64,000 bases of DNA, from assembly GCA_028023455.1 (NCBI GenBank), contig JAQFVV010000006.1, positions 11,532,001 through 11,596,000 on the forward strand. Reading direction: 5' to 3'. Numbering within the stretch: the stretch's first letter is position 1; every line of letters starts with the position of its first letter. The position numbers and the translations under genes are program-made. The notes beneath the pieces were generated by a model. The model did no database searches and was not told the DNA's origin. It saw only the letters and a program-made list of their open reading frames with translations. Of this stretch, positions 25,156 through 39,500 are shown piece by piece. The stretch comes from Epiperipatus broadwayi. Lineage: Eukaryota > Animalia > Onychophora.

Positions 25156-28100
25156 TTGAGGGTATTTTTGAAGCTTGTTAAGAGTTTGTTTTTATGTACT
25201 CTATATATAACATTTATAATATATTTGTATTTACAATACACTAATTTAAAGAATTCCATGCTTAACCTGAAAAATCAAATTACCAAATTTGGCCTTTAAT
25301 AACTGTTGAAATTTATCATGAATAGTAGATATTTCTGAAGAATATTATCAATTTTCTTTCAAATAGTGTTAGAATAAGATATATTTTTTAATACATTTAT
25401 CATTTAACTTTGAAGCATAGTAATCTATCCAATAATCTCATTTATAAGTGGTCAAATAATATGAACATTTTTTTGATATTTTGTAACTTATTACATGTCA
25501 TTATTTTGAATGTGGATGCTTCTATGTTTCTTTATAGAGATGTTTGTAAAATGTTTGTGATTGTCAATCCACATACTGTGTAAAAATTTAATAACAGATC
25601 TTTTGAGTTTACAACACCAATACCATTACTTCCAAGTGACTTTTCTAAAAAGAAACATTTGATTATTTAATGGTATTGATGTAATAATGCTATCCAGAAA
25701 GGAATAACAAATAACTTTTCATTAAATTTATTCCATCCTAACATTGGAGCATAAATTCTAATGAAATAAAAAAAAATTATGCAAGCCAAGTTTTAGTACC
25801 ATTAGCTTTTATAATTTTACATCAGTGTATTCCAATAATACCTAATTAGATCTGAAGCAAATTCAACACCATGCAATCTTCTTCCATTGGTTGATCTGCT
25901 TTTCCAAAAAAAAAACAAAAACAACAAACTTGCAATCATCTATTTGTTCTCTGGAACTAAACTTTGTTCCTCTGGAAGATGACTTTGACTAAGAATAATG
26001 TATTAGTCTTAAATCTTCCTTAGCTCTAATGCAGCCTCTGTACTTGTCTTGAAGAATTTGTGTCAAGTAAGATTCGCACATTCCATATACCTATATTTAG
26101 AAAAAAAAGTAGATTTATAATGCCTCTGATATTATCAATGCCTCCTTTATGCCTTACTGCATTACTGATAATATTATTTCTAGCACTTTAATGAATAATT
26201 TCCAAATGTGGCAATCTAGCCAGACTGAGAAGACCATTTTTAGATATCATTTTCCCCATATCTGTCAACTACTAAACTTTTCCTTCATTGGTTTCTTAAT
26301 TGTTAATAAGGCTAACAGATGAAGTCAGAATTTTGCTTGTTATTAAGGGATTGAAATGTGGTTGCGTACATGTATTTCCATTGTCACAATTAGTATAAAA
26401 AATCAATAGCATGAGAAACTTAAGTCAAGCAGACCCTATATTCATTTAAGTGACAGAAGACAATAAGAAAAACAGGGAGTCAGAAAATACTCTCTATATC
26501 AGAAATAGTACTTGGTCTTTGATGAAATAACATTGTATTCTATAAAGCAACAGGAAATATTCTTGATCAGGTCCTGTTTTCAGTAACTCGTATATGAAAG
26601 TCATTCCACTATCCCCCATTAGTGGAATTCATCAACAGCTTGAGGCTGATTTATCCATGTATATTACATACTAATCCTTTACTTTTTTTTTTTGTCTTGC
26701 ATTACTATATTTTTAATTCTATGTTTAACTTTTTTCTGCAAGTCTTTAACATTTTATCTAATTATAGATCTCGATTTTCTTTCAGTTTTATTCTAATAAA
26801 AGCAATCAGTATTAGTTCTCTTATCTTTAAGTTGATCTTCATAACAAAATCATGCCCAACTTTATCATAAAAATACTTTTTGGGAAATCTATTACCTTTT
26901 CCCCCCTACATCCAATCCAAAGCAACAGGCTTTGCAATTATTGATTCAATATTACCATTATATCCCTCTTGATCTTGCCATCATATTTACAGAATATTAG
27001 AGATCATCTTAAATGAAATGATTCTTATGTCTTTAAATGAAAATAATAGAGGATCCATATCTTATTTCCAAGTAATTAAATTAGTTTAATAATATTCTTA
27101 TATGTAAGTAATTTAGATATATCACCGTGATGAAGTACCTTATTTTCTAACTTATATCTGTAGTTAGCTGTAGTTCATTAAAATCTATTGGAATCTTTGC
27201 ATCCAGACCTACATTCCTGCCTAAAAAGCTATGGTACTTTTCTAAAATTGATTTAAATTCCCAGGTTGTTAGCCATCAAGATAAAATATGCAGAATATTT
27301 TTCTTTCATTACTAACTAACAAAACACATTGTAGATCATTCTTTGAAATGGTAAGAATAGCACAGTGATTATTATTCAGTAAATCTAAGAAGCCAGAAAT
27401 TATATCGAACCAAATCAATAAAACCAACATATAAAATACATTTCTGGTCTTGGGACTTTTTTGAGTTTGCCTGACTACAAAGCACTTAGTGATTTTCGAT
27501 TCTCTAATTACACTAGAGTCTTAGGTATCTACTAATCTATTAGTGGATTTGGATGGGAATAAGTTTAAAGATTAATTGATGGATAGGGTTTGTAAATCTA
27601 AAAGATTAATTAAAGAGAATTAATGAAAAGAGATTGTTTATTAAGAAAACTATGAAGTAGAACAGAAATTGAATTGGATCTATATTTTGTGTTAGGTGAA
27701 TTATGAAAGAAATGTCAGGAATTGTCTATGAACAGAAAGAAATATAAAACAAAAAAGATTGACGATTGAAGGAAGGAAATAGTTATGATTCCCTTAAGGT
27801 TAGATTAACTTCACAGTAAAGCTTGCAGAGGATTATGACATTGATGTGCAGAAGGTGCTTTTTTGACTGATGACTATTGACAATAAGAGATTTCTGATGA
27901 TTTTATAAATTTTTATACTACATTATATGCTTATCAAAGAGGAAAAGATATAAAATAATATTGACCCATCTCTTTAAGATGATTTATGTGAATTGGAATT
28001 ATGCATAGTTTGATTATTGACAACAAGAGATTTATAAATATATTAAATAATCTCAATATTACCACATATTCTTTTAAATTCATATAAATAAATATACAAT

Positions 28101-29984
28101 AAAAGACATATGACCCCCATCACTCATCAGTTGGTCCAGGTCACTATCTCTCATATATATCTTCATTATATGAAAAATATTTAACTATATAAAATAATTA
28201 CATTTTGAATTACAAATGTCAAATTAACTTAACCACATCTTTAACACCATCCACTCTAGATAAATATAGTACTGACTCTTATTAATCATTTACTAAACTA
28301 GAGATTGTCTCTATCACAGATATAAACTTTAAAATTCAGTTAAAAATTAATATATCTGATTTTTTAAAATTAAATAGACAAACACATGGAGTTATTGACA
28401 TTTCTTTTTCCCACATGTAATATCTTTATAAATATATTAAATAACCACAATATTAGTAATAAACAAGAGATTTCTAATGATTTTTTAGTTTTTATATTAC
28501 TTTAGATGCTCATCAAAGGGTAAAATATATAAAATAATATTGACCCGTCTCTTTAAGATGATTAATGGAAATTGGAGTTACGCATAGTTACAGCACACAA
28601 ATAGTTTGCAGGCTAGGAAATTGTGTTTGGTAATTTTGGGTATTAAATACGATACTCTTGCCTCTCTCTTTATTTTGTTCTCTATGGCGATACACATTTG
28701 TTAATATACATTTGTTTTGAACTAATTTCAGATGTAGAACTAACATTATTATTAATAATATAAGGTTGCTGCTGTTTGCCACATTATTAACAATACTTTT
28801 AAAAAAAGTTATGTCATAAATAATGAACATTGAAGTTTAAAATCACAATATATTGTAATGAAGTTTATTAAGTTACAATGTGATGGAATTGAATATATTC
28901 AAAGTATATTTAGTGCTATCTTATAATTTTTTTAGAAAACATGTCCAAGTCCTATTTCAACATCCAAATTGCTAATTAACATTATAAAATTTTATGTAAT
29001 ACAGTTTTATATTAGGCTTAAAAATATTATGAATGAATGCTGATATGTAGAAGGTTAGAATCATGATCGTCCAAGGAAAATATGAAAGCAAAAGTGTTTT
29101 GGGATTGGATATGGTAAAATAGAATGGAGAAGCTGAAATGATAATAGATTTGTTTGATTTTGTACTTGAGAGAGAGAGATAGGATAGAGGGGGAGAGAAG
29201 GGAAAAGAGGGAGTGGGGCGAAAACAGTATTTAAAAACAAATTGAAAAAGTACTTTGAATAGGCGTTTTATATTGATAAGCTTATAACTCATAAAACTGA
29301 AGACAATTCAAAGGATTGTAATTATTTAAATTTATAAGCGTAACTAGGAAAGATGGTGATAATCGTATAGAAATTCTACATAAAACTTTGAAAGAAATCT
29401 ATAAAATAAAAATGTTAACCCATTGATCACTTTAAAATTTTCTTGACGCTTGTTGAAGTCCACGTTTATTATATTATCATGACTACGTTACTTTTTTTTT
29501 TCTTTCTTTTGTCTAAAGTTAGAATGACCATATGCAGTCATTATTGGTTGCTAATGGTGAGAGTATAGGCATTGTTGTACACTTTTTATTGTTAAAGTAT
29601 TAATCATGTCCATCTGAATTTAAAAGAAAAAAAACTGTAGATTAAAGGTGAAATTAGAATTTATTATAAATGAATGAAATGAAAATATCACATGCTATTG
29701 AAAATATAATGCGATATCTCAGCCCGCAATTAAGACTTTATGAGAAAAAGTGAATGATGAGCTGAAAGGAAAGTCTGCATTTAAACAATGTAATGCTTCG
29801 AGGAAAGACAAATAAAAAAAATTAGCAGGTTATCCAGGTGAAATAATATTTGATTAATTACATGATTTTACTTGAAAACAAACTTTTATTTTCATCAAGG
29901 CTAAAAATAAACCATTCATCACACGATCACCATTTCCTATGCTTATAAAGCTGTTAAAGCAGTGACAAACACTTCATAAAGTGT

Positions 29985-30140
29985 CACTCACTGCAAGCCA
30001 TAGTAATCAATGGATGTTAGTAGGTATTGCATAAAGTCCCAATCAAGTGCCTGCAGATCTAATATCCTCATACTAGTTTCCAGCGGTTTGCATCCATTGA
30101 TTACTATGGTTTGTAGTAGATGTCACTGCTATATGGAGAT
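29985..30140. mobile_element. Hairpin MITE family C copy
   Basis: gccatagtaatcaatggatg ... catccattgattactatggt inverted pair; homologous to 40407-40638. Confidence 0.65.
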
Positions 30141-31435
30141 TATTAAAATAAGGGGGATCTAGGTATAAAGGCTATAGAGTGGACAAAGATGATGCTGTGG
30201 AAATGGGATGGAGCAAGATAGAGAAGAGTATGAGAAAAAGAGGGTGAGGAATGGAAAGAGAAGATAAGGTGGTTAAAATGTTTCTGTGGGCATAATGACT
30301 GAGAGATTCCTGACTTCAATAAAGCAGAAGCCGTAGTGCGTTGTATCGCTGTTTTAATTGCTTGCGAAAATGTGGGAAATGGTGATCATATGATGTTTAG
30401 TGTTTAAATACCATTCCTGCTTATAGTATGATGGTGACCATCATTATTAAAGAAACAAAGATGCCAAAATGTGTAGATGTTGAACTGGGTTCAAATCTAT
30501 ATGATTATACAAATGAAAGAATTTGAATTGTCAGTATTATGTTTTCATTATGGACTCATAGTTTTATAGTTAACTCAGAAGGTAAAAGGTGTTGCTGGAG
30601 TGTTGCATTAGATTCTTAGATCTGGATGCAGTGCTCCCAGATCCAAGGCTTCTCACTAGTGAAAGCCACAAACTAGAAACTAGTCTGGAGATATTGGATA
30701 AGTAGAGACTAGATAGGCATTTTATATATATACGAACCTTCTTGCATCCATTGATTTCTATGGAGAGTTTGTCAATACATTATTGATCAACTATTCACCC
30801 ATTGTATTTTTCCAAAATGAAAAAAAAAAACAACTTTTGAATTTTAAAGCATCGGAAAAATGTGAATTTCAAATTTTAATAAAGAATATAAAGTGGAATA
30901 TTTCAAAAACCGAATGTTCTTAGGATTTTATTGCAAGTAAATTAAGTAACTAATATTAAAATTTTATAGTGGTGACATAATTGGAGTTGGTCTTAAAAAA
31001 ATGCTAAGTTGATTTATATTGCGTATGTATTTGTATACTTTTTTTTTTTGTAGCAAATTCTTTTTCTGTAACCGTGTTTATTCCACTTAGCGTAAACTTG
31101 TAAGTAATCAATAGATGGCAGAGTGCTTAATAAATTCCTATCCAGTATGCTCAGATTAGTTTCTACCTTGTGGCTTTTATTGCAAGGAGTTTTGGATCTG
31201 GGAACAGTCCTGGATAGGGCAAACACTGGCGATTTATTAAATACTGTTATCGCTTCTATTGATTGCTAAAGCTTTCACTAGGTGGCGTAACTGTGGTGAG
31301 AGAAAAAGAAGTTGCTACTGAACAGCCTTATGTGAGTTGGGATCATGTTATGGATCTTATTAATTTTTTTTTTTTTTACGTATTAAGTTTTTAATATGCA
31401 TTTGTGTTTTTAATAATATCTACGTATGTTTTCAG

Positions 31436-31579
31436 CTTCCTATTAAAACCGGTTTACATACAACACATTCGAGAATTAATGTGGAGCAAAACAAGGATTG
31501 TCTTATAAACATTAGCAAATATAAATTTTCACTGGTTATTAACGGCCTGACGAAGATTTTGCAGTCTGTTGGATCTGTG
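31436..31579 (+). CDS. NF1: Neurofibromin exon (equivalent to human exon 2): LPIKTGLHTTHSRINVEQNKDCLINISKYKFSLVINGLTKILQSVGSV
   Basis: ttttcag acceptor and GTG/gttagt donor; 144 nt, phase 0-0. The translation matches the remembered NF1 N-terminus (human LPIKTGQQNTHTKVSTEHNKECLINISKYKFSLVISGLTTILKNV). Confidence 0.97.
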
Positions 31580-32544
31580 GTTAGTAAATTGTTTCGTTTA
31601 TTCGTTTTGATTTATATTTCTTTAAAATTGTGTTCTAAAAGTACTAAGATGTGCTTAATTAAGTACGTACACACTATTTATTTATAAAGAGCAACGTCAG
31701 TTATTAAGTGCCATCTTGGTATAAATTCATCTACTTATGTTTTTAATCTTTGTAATTGTACAGCTTCATATATTTTAGTTAAACAGTAAGCTAATAGAGG
31801 GCGCTTAACTGACCCCATTCATAATACTTGTTTAAGGCTCAAATGGGATCTTTAGCAACAAAAGAATGTATATATAAATGGAAAAATGTGGGTGATTAAG
31901 TCTGCAAGTTGTGTAAGGAAGGCACAGAAAATAGTCTGTTAATTGAATGTAAATGCTTGGAAGCAGAAAGGGTGCTAATAATGAAGTTGTGGAAGAATAA
32001 ATATAAACGAAGTGATTGTACAGAAAGTGGCTTATTAGTTTTTATGCTGGGTTTAGGAAAAGATAAGGGGGATTTAGATATAAAAGCCATGGAGTTGATA
32101 AGGATTATGTTGTGGAAATGAGATGGCGCAGGATAGAGAAGAATATGGGAAAACTTAGGGTGGGGAATGGAAAGGGAAGTTAAAGTGGCTAACAGGTTTC
32201 TCTGGGCATAATTGCTGAAAGATTCCTGACTTCATATAAGGAGAAGTCACAGTGCATCACATCACAATACAATATTCTGAAATGATTTATTTACTCTTAA
32301 GTTAGGGTTTATTGTTCTGCACGGTTTAGTGGTCACTGGAGCATAAGGTGCTCACAGGGATTCTACTTCTGGCACTTCCAGGGACCGAACTTAGTGGATG
32401 AAATACATTATTTTTTCCAAAATTGATTATGATTTCAACTGTTGGTAACAAAAGCCCTTCAGTTATATGATTATGCTGATTAACATAAAACAAAAAAAGT
32501 CAACGTTTTATTTAATTAGTCTAGTTTATAAAGCAATAGCAACA

Positions 32545-32790
32545 CCATACAGTAGAGCCAATAAGTGCCAGCCATAGCAATATATGGATTCTAGAAAGTT
32601 TGTGCACTAAAGGCTGCATCTGGTGGCTACTCATCCAATATTACCAGTCTGGTAGGTACGGGATAGGGATTTTGATGCATAAACTTTCTAGCATCCATTG
32701 ATTGCTATGGCTTGTACAGAATGGCACTTTTGATGCCCAAACTTCTAGCATGCATTGATTGCTATGGTTTTGCACTGAGAGAGTTGCTAC
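32545..32790. mobile_element. Hairpin MITE family C copy (a partial copy also lies at ~30600-30790)
   Basis: ccatacagtag...gccatagcaat...atggat ... catccattgattgctatgg, with an internal duplication. Confidence 0.6.
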
Positions 32791-35636
32791 TTTTTTAACA
32801 ATTGAATAAGCATAGGAAAATGGCAATTGTGATATTTTATCATGTACTTTATATTAAATCAATCAATTTTTAAAATTTATTTATTTAATTTCAAAAATAT
32901 TCATTAATTAAAGTTGAACAGCTGTCTTGATAATAAGAATTCTGTGCCAAAGGGCATGCAGTCCATAAAAATAAATAGAAAAATAGCTACATAAATTTTC
33001 ATGGCTAAATAAATTAATGGTAACAGAGTTAATATCAAAATTGAAATTAATAATAATATAATCATCAGTTTCTGTTAAAATTAAATTCTTCAAGTATCTT
33101 AAAGCTAGAAACAGGTTATATTGATACGGTCAATCCAAAATAATATGCTATTACATTGAATAAGTAATTGCTAAGATACATTCTCTGTCTTCAGTTATAG
33201 TGAGAGAGACATGCAACTATTAGAGATGACAAATGTAATGCTGGCTTGCAATCAGTATATGTTTCTAAAATTATTCTAGGATGATAAAATTTATTTATTG
33301 AGTAAATACCATATAAACAAATTTTTTAATGTAACAATATAATAAGTAAAGTGTTGTTCTGAAGAACATGTAGAGGAGAGAGCACACTTCTACTTGATTC
33401 TCCCCATATCTTTAATTCTAGATACAGTTCCATCACCTAAGACCTGCCTCAAATCAAGATCTCCTTGCTGGATGCTTGCGAAGAATCTTTTCCAAAATAC
33501 TGAGAATTATAATTTTTAAGAGGCAAATTTTTTGTGAGGACCCCAAGCATTTTTTTTTTTAAGATTCAGCAGTAAAAATATTACTGGCAGTCTCATCAAC
33601 AGATGCAAGATAACCTGTCGCTGCAATTATTTGCATCAAAAATGGAATTGAACAACCTTTATCTTATATAGTTATGAGCAAACATCATTCTTATTAATCT
33701 CCTGATTGAAATTTTTTCTTTATAGTGTTGTAATAGTTAGTTGCAAAAACAAAGGCTTGATGCTAAATAAACAACTCAATAATATTAAGATAGCAATCAC
33801 ACAATCTGAATCTAACAGTATTGCAAATTTGTATAATCTGCAAAAACAAATAGGAGTAATTATATACAGCATTAATAAAAAAGAAACTTGTAACAGTGGC
33901 TGATTAATTGTAGTCCGATACGAATAACTTTCAATTTAAATATTAATGAGATTACATTTCATTTAATGGAATTTAGTTTTTCAGATATAATTTTCTATGT
34001 GCTTTTATTATTTTCACATTTTAAGTTTTATAGTCAGCATTTTAAAGTTTTTTTATATTCGATTCCATAAATATCAGATATGTATAAATGGATGCTGTTT
34101 TTCCATCAAACTTGAATCCAAATTTGTCAATATTCAAAATGGCCACCCTCTTTACATATTCATTATAAAAGTTGAATAGTTAGGATGACAGCAACTAGTT
34201 AATTTTTTGGCCAATAAGAAATGTGTCTAAATTTTATTATGGTAGATAGGATAGTGGAGTGATTTTTAGATATAAGAACTAATTTAATAAGCAGTGTCTA
34301 TCAAAACTTTTGCTGGATTGTAGGATATGATATTGGTTTGTCAAAGACTAGATGCTATTTTTGATGCAAACAATCATTTTTAACTCTTCTCTTTGTTTTT
34401 TTTACATTTTCTGCCCCCCCCCCCCCAGTAATATAGGAATGGATATTATAAATCTCTTATGCCATTGGTCATTTATCTGCATTAACTATTATAATGGAAT
34501 TGCATATTTGTGCAACCACATTTCTATCTTTTATACATATACATCAAAAGCCTTCTGTTTTGAGAAAATTATTCTGAGAACATGTTTGACTGACTGGAAG
34601 TTCTTAATTCCGATCTTGTACGAGACATTTTAGTCTATAGCTAGATTTGGGCAATTATGTTTTCACCAATAATAATCTGTTTATTCCATTTTATTGAGAT
34701 ATTTATTGACCCCTTCACCCAAGTAGGGCCTAGAAGAGATAGTACAAAATTTATCTAATATGAAAATCTAGCTAAATAGTAGAAATAATTATAAAATTAG
34801 TAACAATAGTAATGATGGTAAAGCAAGAAGTATTGTAATAAAGGTATTATAATTTTTTTCTTGATATAAATACTTGTAATGAGAATTCTTCAAGACCTAA
34901 AGTTTGGACAGTACTTGTAACTATGAAGCTGCCCTCAGTGAAACTTCCAAATGGACTAAGCTTAATCTTTCTTTTGTGTATATAAACAAAATATCTAATT
35001 TATTTTCAGCTGATAATTTGAACTTTCTAAAAAAAAAAAAGCTTATATATTTAACTTATTCAATTAAACTTATTTTCTCTAGAAAAGATTCATTAAAAAT
35101 AGCTGTATCAGTCTTAAATCTATAAGATCTCAATTGATATTTTCTATTTTTAGAATTTAGAGATATATAAATGAATAAATTAATGATATTAAATATGGGT
35201 TTGTGTATTGGCAGCTATTCATATTTTAACAGCGCTTTTGCTCCATTATTATATTTGAAAATTTGAAGAAATATATTTTTTATTTTTTGATCGATAATGT
35301 TATTACATTAATACTATTAAAAAACTGAATTTCTCCTGGAGACTGAAATATCACATGTTGCTTAAAACTGCTGGAAGTAATGGTATCATGTGAATGTTAT
35401 CAAATTTTTGCTCAATATCACAAACATTCATGTAGAAAATATGCCATAAAGAAACTTGGATGCATACACAAACATATGATGCTATATATTATGTGATAGT
35501 TAGAAGTCAGCATGTAGAAGAAGTTAATAATACAAGAACATTTATAAGTCTTGGGAAGATTACAGATTTATATGCTGCAAGATTAAAATGATAAACTATT
35601 AAATCATAAGTCTTATTTCAAAATAGGTAATTATAA

Positions 35637-36522
35637 CGTAATTGGGCTTGACCACTTGATGGCGTTGTTGGCAGTCAAAAACAATACAATGTACGATTTA
35701 CGGGGCCGTGTGATTTTTAAATCGCTGTTTTTTTTTGGTTATTGATTTATTGATTGCTATAACTTTTTTTTTCATGCCTTTTTAATTTTGTATTTAGTAA
35801 ACGACAACCTTTTTTTTTAATTTTTAAATCGCTGTTTTTGGACAAATTATCATCATTCCTCCTTTTTAGTTATTAATCGATTGATTGCTAGAACTTTTTT
35901 TGCGATGTCTATTTAGCGATGTCTTTCGCTTAATTATTGCTTTCTACATAACAAAACAACTGTGTAGGGTTAGGTTTAGGGTTAGTTTTAGGGTTAGTTT
36001 AGGGTTAGTTTTAGGGTTAGGTTTAGGGTTAGTTTTAGGGTTAGGGTTAGTTTTAGGGTTAGTGTTCTGTTGTTTGTAATGCGAAAATAAAAAATATCAA
36101 AATCGTAACCGTGGTCGGACAAAAGAAACTCAAACTTTTTTAAACAACAACAAACACATATAAATGTCTTCTTTACTTATTAAACATGTTTATAATATGT
36201 GCTTTCTATGAAATTTACAAAAAATCGTGTATATTTTTATTGGACAGCAGAAATACTTGGCTTCTGTTTTCGGCAACTGCGGAAAAAGTTACACAAACAT
36301 ATATATCAAACTGTACATGAAAGATAAGTGTGTGGATTCACAGTAACTGTCGCGAAGCAGAAATAGGCCGTATTATTTCTGTGTTACGTCATCATCAACG
36401 GCCGTCTAATGGCTAAGACAAACATTAGATGTTTTCTATAGCCGTAAGTCAGGCCTTGTAAATGGCATTTGTTAGGTGTTTTGGCGAGCCAGAATGCCAT
36501 CAAGTGGCCAAGCCCGATTAGG
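35637..36522. mobile_element. Non-autonomous DNA transposon with ~50-bp TIRs and an internal telomere-like array
   Basis: cgtaattgggcttgaccacttgatggc... vs ...gccatcaagtggccaagcccgattagg. TTATAA flanks both ends (35631-35636, 36523-36528). Confidence 0.8.
35965..36063 (+). repeat. Telomere-like array (TTAGGG alternating with TTAGTT/TTAGGT)
   Basis: tagggttaggtttagggttagttttagggttag... about 100 bp with 12-bp periodicity. Confidence 0.9.
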
Positions 36523-39500
36523 TTATAAGTACCTCAAAATACATCCACAGGAAGTTTGATATTCGTTCCTTTTAGAAACAATTATTGCGCACGTTAAATT
36601 TTAATAACAAATATGTTAGATTACCCATTTAAATTTTAAGCTTGTCATGATACATGGAGTTATCTTAATTAAGCCTGGGTTTTTGGAATAAAAAAAGGAT
36701 CATGACTAATTTTTATCCAATTTTTACAGAGTCTTGATTAAAAGGAAACATGGCACTTTCTATTTGGTGGAGTAATAATATTAATATGGGTTTTTATAAT
36801 CAATTTTGTGATTTAAATGCAGGAGTTTAACAATTGACAAAATGATTAGAATGATTTGGTGATTAAAGCTCTAAGACGATATGGTCATTTGCTGAGTGAT
36901 CACTTTAAATTTTTTTATGTATTGAAAATAGTGTATGGATCTGAAAATATTATACAATTAAATCAATGTTTGCTACCTTTTATATGAAAATTATATGGTG
37001 AATAGTTGAAGGAGTATTTGATTCATCTTTTGATGAATAGTATGAAAATTCAGATGATTTTTGTTCCCAGTAATACATATCCAGTCTATTTACTTATGCT
37101 ACTAAGTTTCAATTAAGCCTGTTTACCTTAACAGGAGTTGGTTGGAATATAACTAGTTTAATATTCTATTTTTTTTTCTAAATTTTTTTTATTATAGTAT
37201 AGAAGTGCGGTTTATGATTGCTTTATTTCATATAATTTGCAAAGATGTTTTGTCATTTTTATGATTGTGATAATCCGCTGCATATTGCTGCTACCAAATA
37301 TGATTATCAGTAATAAGACATTAAGAAAAAGTCAACAAAACAAATAGAAGAAAGCAAAGCAAAATAGAAGTAAGTTAATAAGAAAAAAAAAATTGAGATC
37401 CTTTTTTTTTGAAAAATGGAAGGTGAGACTATAAATCTCTTATATAAAATCCCTATTTTGTCTGTTGTTTTTAATTGGTTATTTTAATAAATTATAAAAA
37501 TGATGAATTCGACGGCCTTGAAAAAAAAAAAAACATAATATATAACTGTACCTAATTAAATCGTAATTTATATTACGAGCATTTTGTGCAAAAGAAGTAT
37601 TTCTACCCTTTATATTTAATAATTCGTAATTTTTATTATGAGCATATTTTATGTGTAAGAAGTAATTCTGCTATTAATAAAAAATGCTCGGGAAAAAGTC
37701 TGTGCATGCGCTTTTAACTATAGTACAGAACTGAATAGTTATAGCATTTAAATAAAAAAAACTATTACAAAAATGATGGCCTTTCAGACCGGCTATATTT
37801 TTCACAGTTCTGTAATATTGAAATCTTTTGTTTAATTTATATTAAATTAAAAAAAAATTTTGTTAAAGCAACCAATTTAAATAAAAGATGACCTTTACAT
37901 AGGCCGGGTTAATCTGATTCTAGTATCAAATGAGCGGTAAAGTTAATAGATGAAAAAGTTTTAAAAGCTATATCTTGTACGCCGAAAGTGCATTCAGCTG
38001 TATCTAAAAAGTAAATAAAAATCTTTCCAGTTGTTTCTGGTGTACCACACCGAAAGTGTGCACAGCTGTATCTAAAAGTACATAATAAAAGCCTTTTTAG
38101 TTGTCTGATGTTAAAATTTTTCGCTAATTTATTACAAATACAAACGAAAAGGAAAAATGAATATTAAACAACGTAAAATAATTAATGGCCATCATAAATT
38201 AAAAAACCAGTACATATTTGATTAATTATCCAGCCAATTATATTCACATCTTTATTAATTAAAATCTTTTCATTGACATCTGAGTTATCGTTGCTCATTT
38301 ATTCAAAATTTGACCATTATACTAAAAGTATATACTGAAAAATTCTGTAAGGAAATATAAAAACACAAATATATTTTGTGTCATATGTATACAAAAAGAA
38401 TATCTTCAATCTTTTAAAAAACTTTTCTCGGAAAAATGTAATTTAAAAATAAATTCATGAAAAATGTATTAAACCAAGCTTTTCCTTGTAAAAAGAACAT
38501 CCGTATTTTATTGCCTAAAGGAATATTATTTATATTTTCTCCAATTTTCCCAATAAACTGCTCACAATCTTGAAATCAAATGAATGCCTTTTTAAAATTT
38601 TATTGAATTCCTGGGAAGTCTGATTAAGATTAAAATTGGATTCCGTATTGATATTGTCTAGACATGTTCCTTAGTTTTTGGTACTGAAATGTGGTAGACC
38701 ACGGGTATTAAATTGTTTATAAATCTACTATTTAAAAGGGTGTTAGAGTTAATGTAATTAAACAGAAAATGTTTTTTAATGTCAATTCCTTTAAAAAAAA
38801 AAAAAAAAAATTAACTCAATACCAAAATATCATGAACAAAGTAATTTTAGAAGATTTTTGCTAACTGGTTTTTTAATCCAGATTTGGGAAAACTTGACAT
38901 TTTTTTAGCTTCCAAACACACTGCATATTTTTCAGATAACTGATCCATAACAAACTAATTAGTTATTCATTAGGGAGTTATAAATCGGTATCTAGCTTGA
39001 ACGGGGAGTATCTCTATTATAGTTAGAGAATAAAGGTCTCAAGTTAATCTGCATGGATTAAATGAATATCAATATATTGGCTGTAAAAATAAAACCATAG
39101 ATTGTAATATGATGTGACTTTCATCGCAGTCAGGTGCGATGTCATATTCTAACTGATACTGAACCTTTGGTTACTTTTATCTTCTCTGCTGAATTGTATA
39201 ACTTAGTAATAGAAAGTAGCAGCCTTCGATAACATTATCTCATGTAATTGTGGGGAAAATAATAACTTTGAATTATCACATTAAGAATCTGTTAAATTTA
39301 TAATAGGTAGCTTAATTATTAGAAATTATAAAGAATACAGTTTTTTTTGATTACTTATTATTGCAAAAATGCCTTCATAATGGATTGGCTGAAGTGACAT
39401 TACTCAGATTACTTTAGTTAATTCTTCCAAATAGTCCATCATATCTGGAAAGAAAAAGAATAGACAAATTTTCAGCAGGATAAATAAGTTATTTAATTAC

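Larger units (their letters stand above)
24444..25217. mobile_element. Retrozyme-like family A array (minus-strand ~1.55 monomers of 374 nt plus inverted plus-strand segment)
   Basis: Tandem duplication (24460-24660 vs 24834-25038), inversion at ~25040, three HHR motifs, and candidate 9-bp TSD aatatattt (24435-24443 / 25218-25226). Confidence 0.88.

Noticed and set aside
25300-27480. Further minus-strand LINE relic(s)
   Set aside because: Only faint motifs (e.g. AILTISKNDLQ); too decayed to delimit or classify with confidence.
35885-36079. ORF with LGLVLGLG repeats as a membrane peptide
   Set aside because: It is simply the translation of the telomere-like array.
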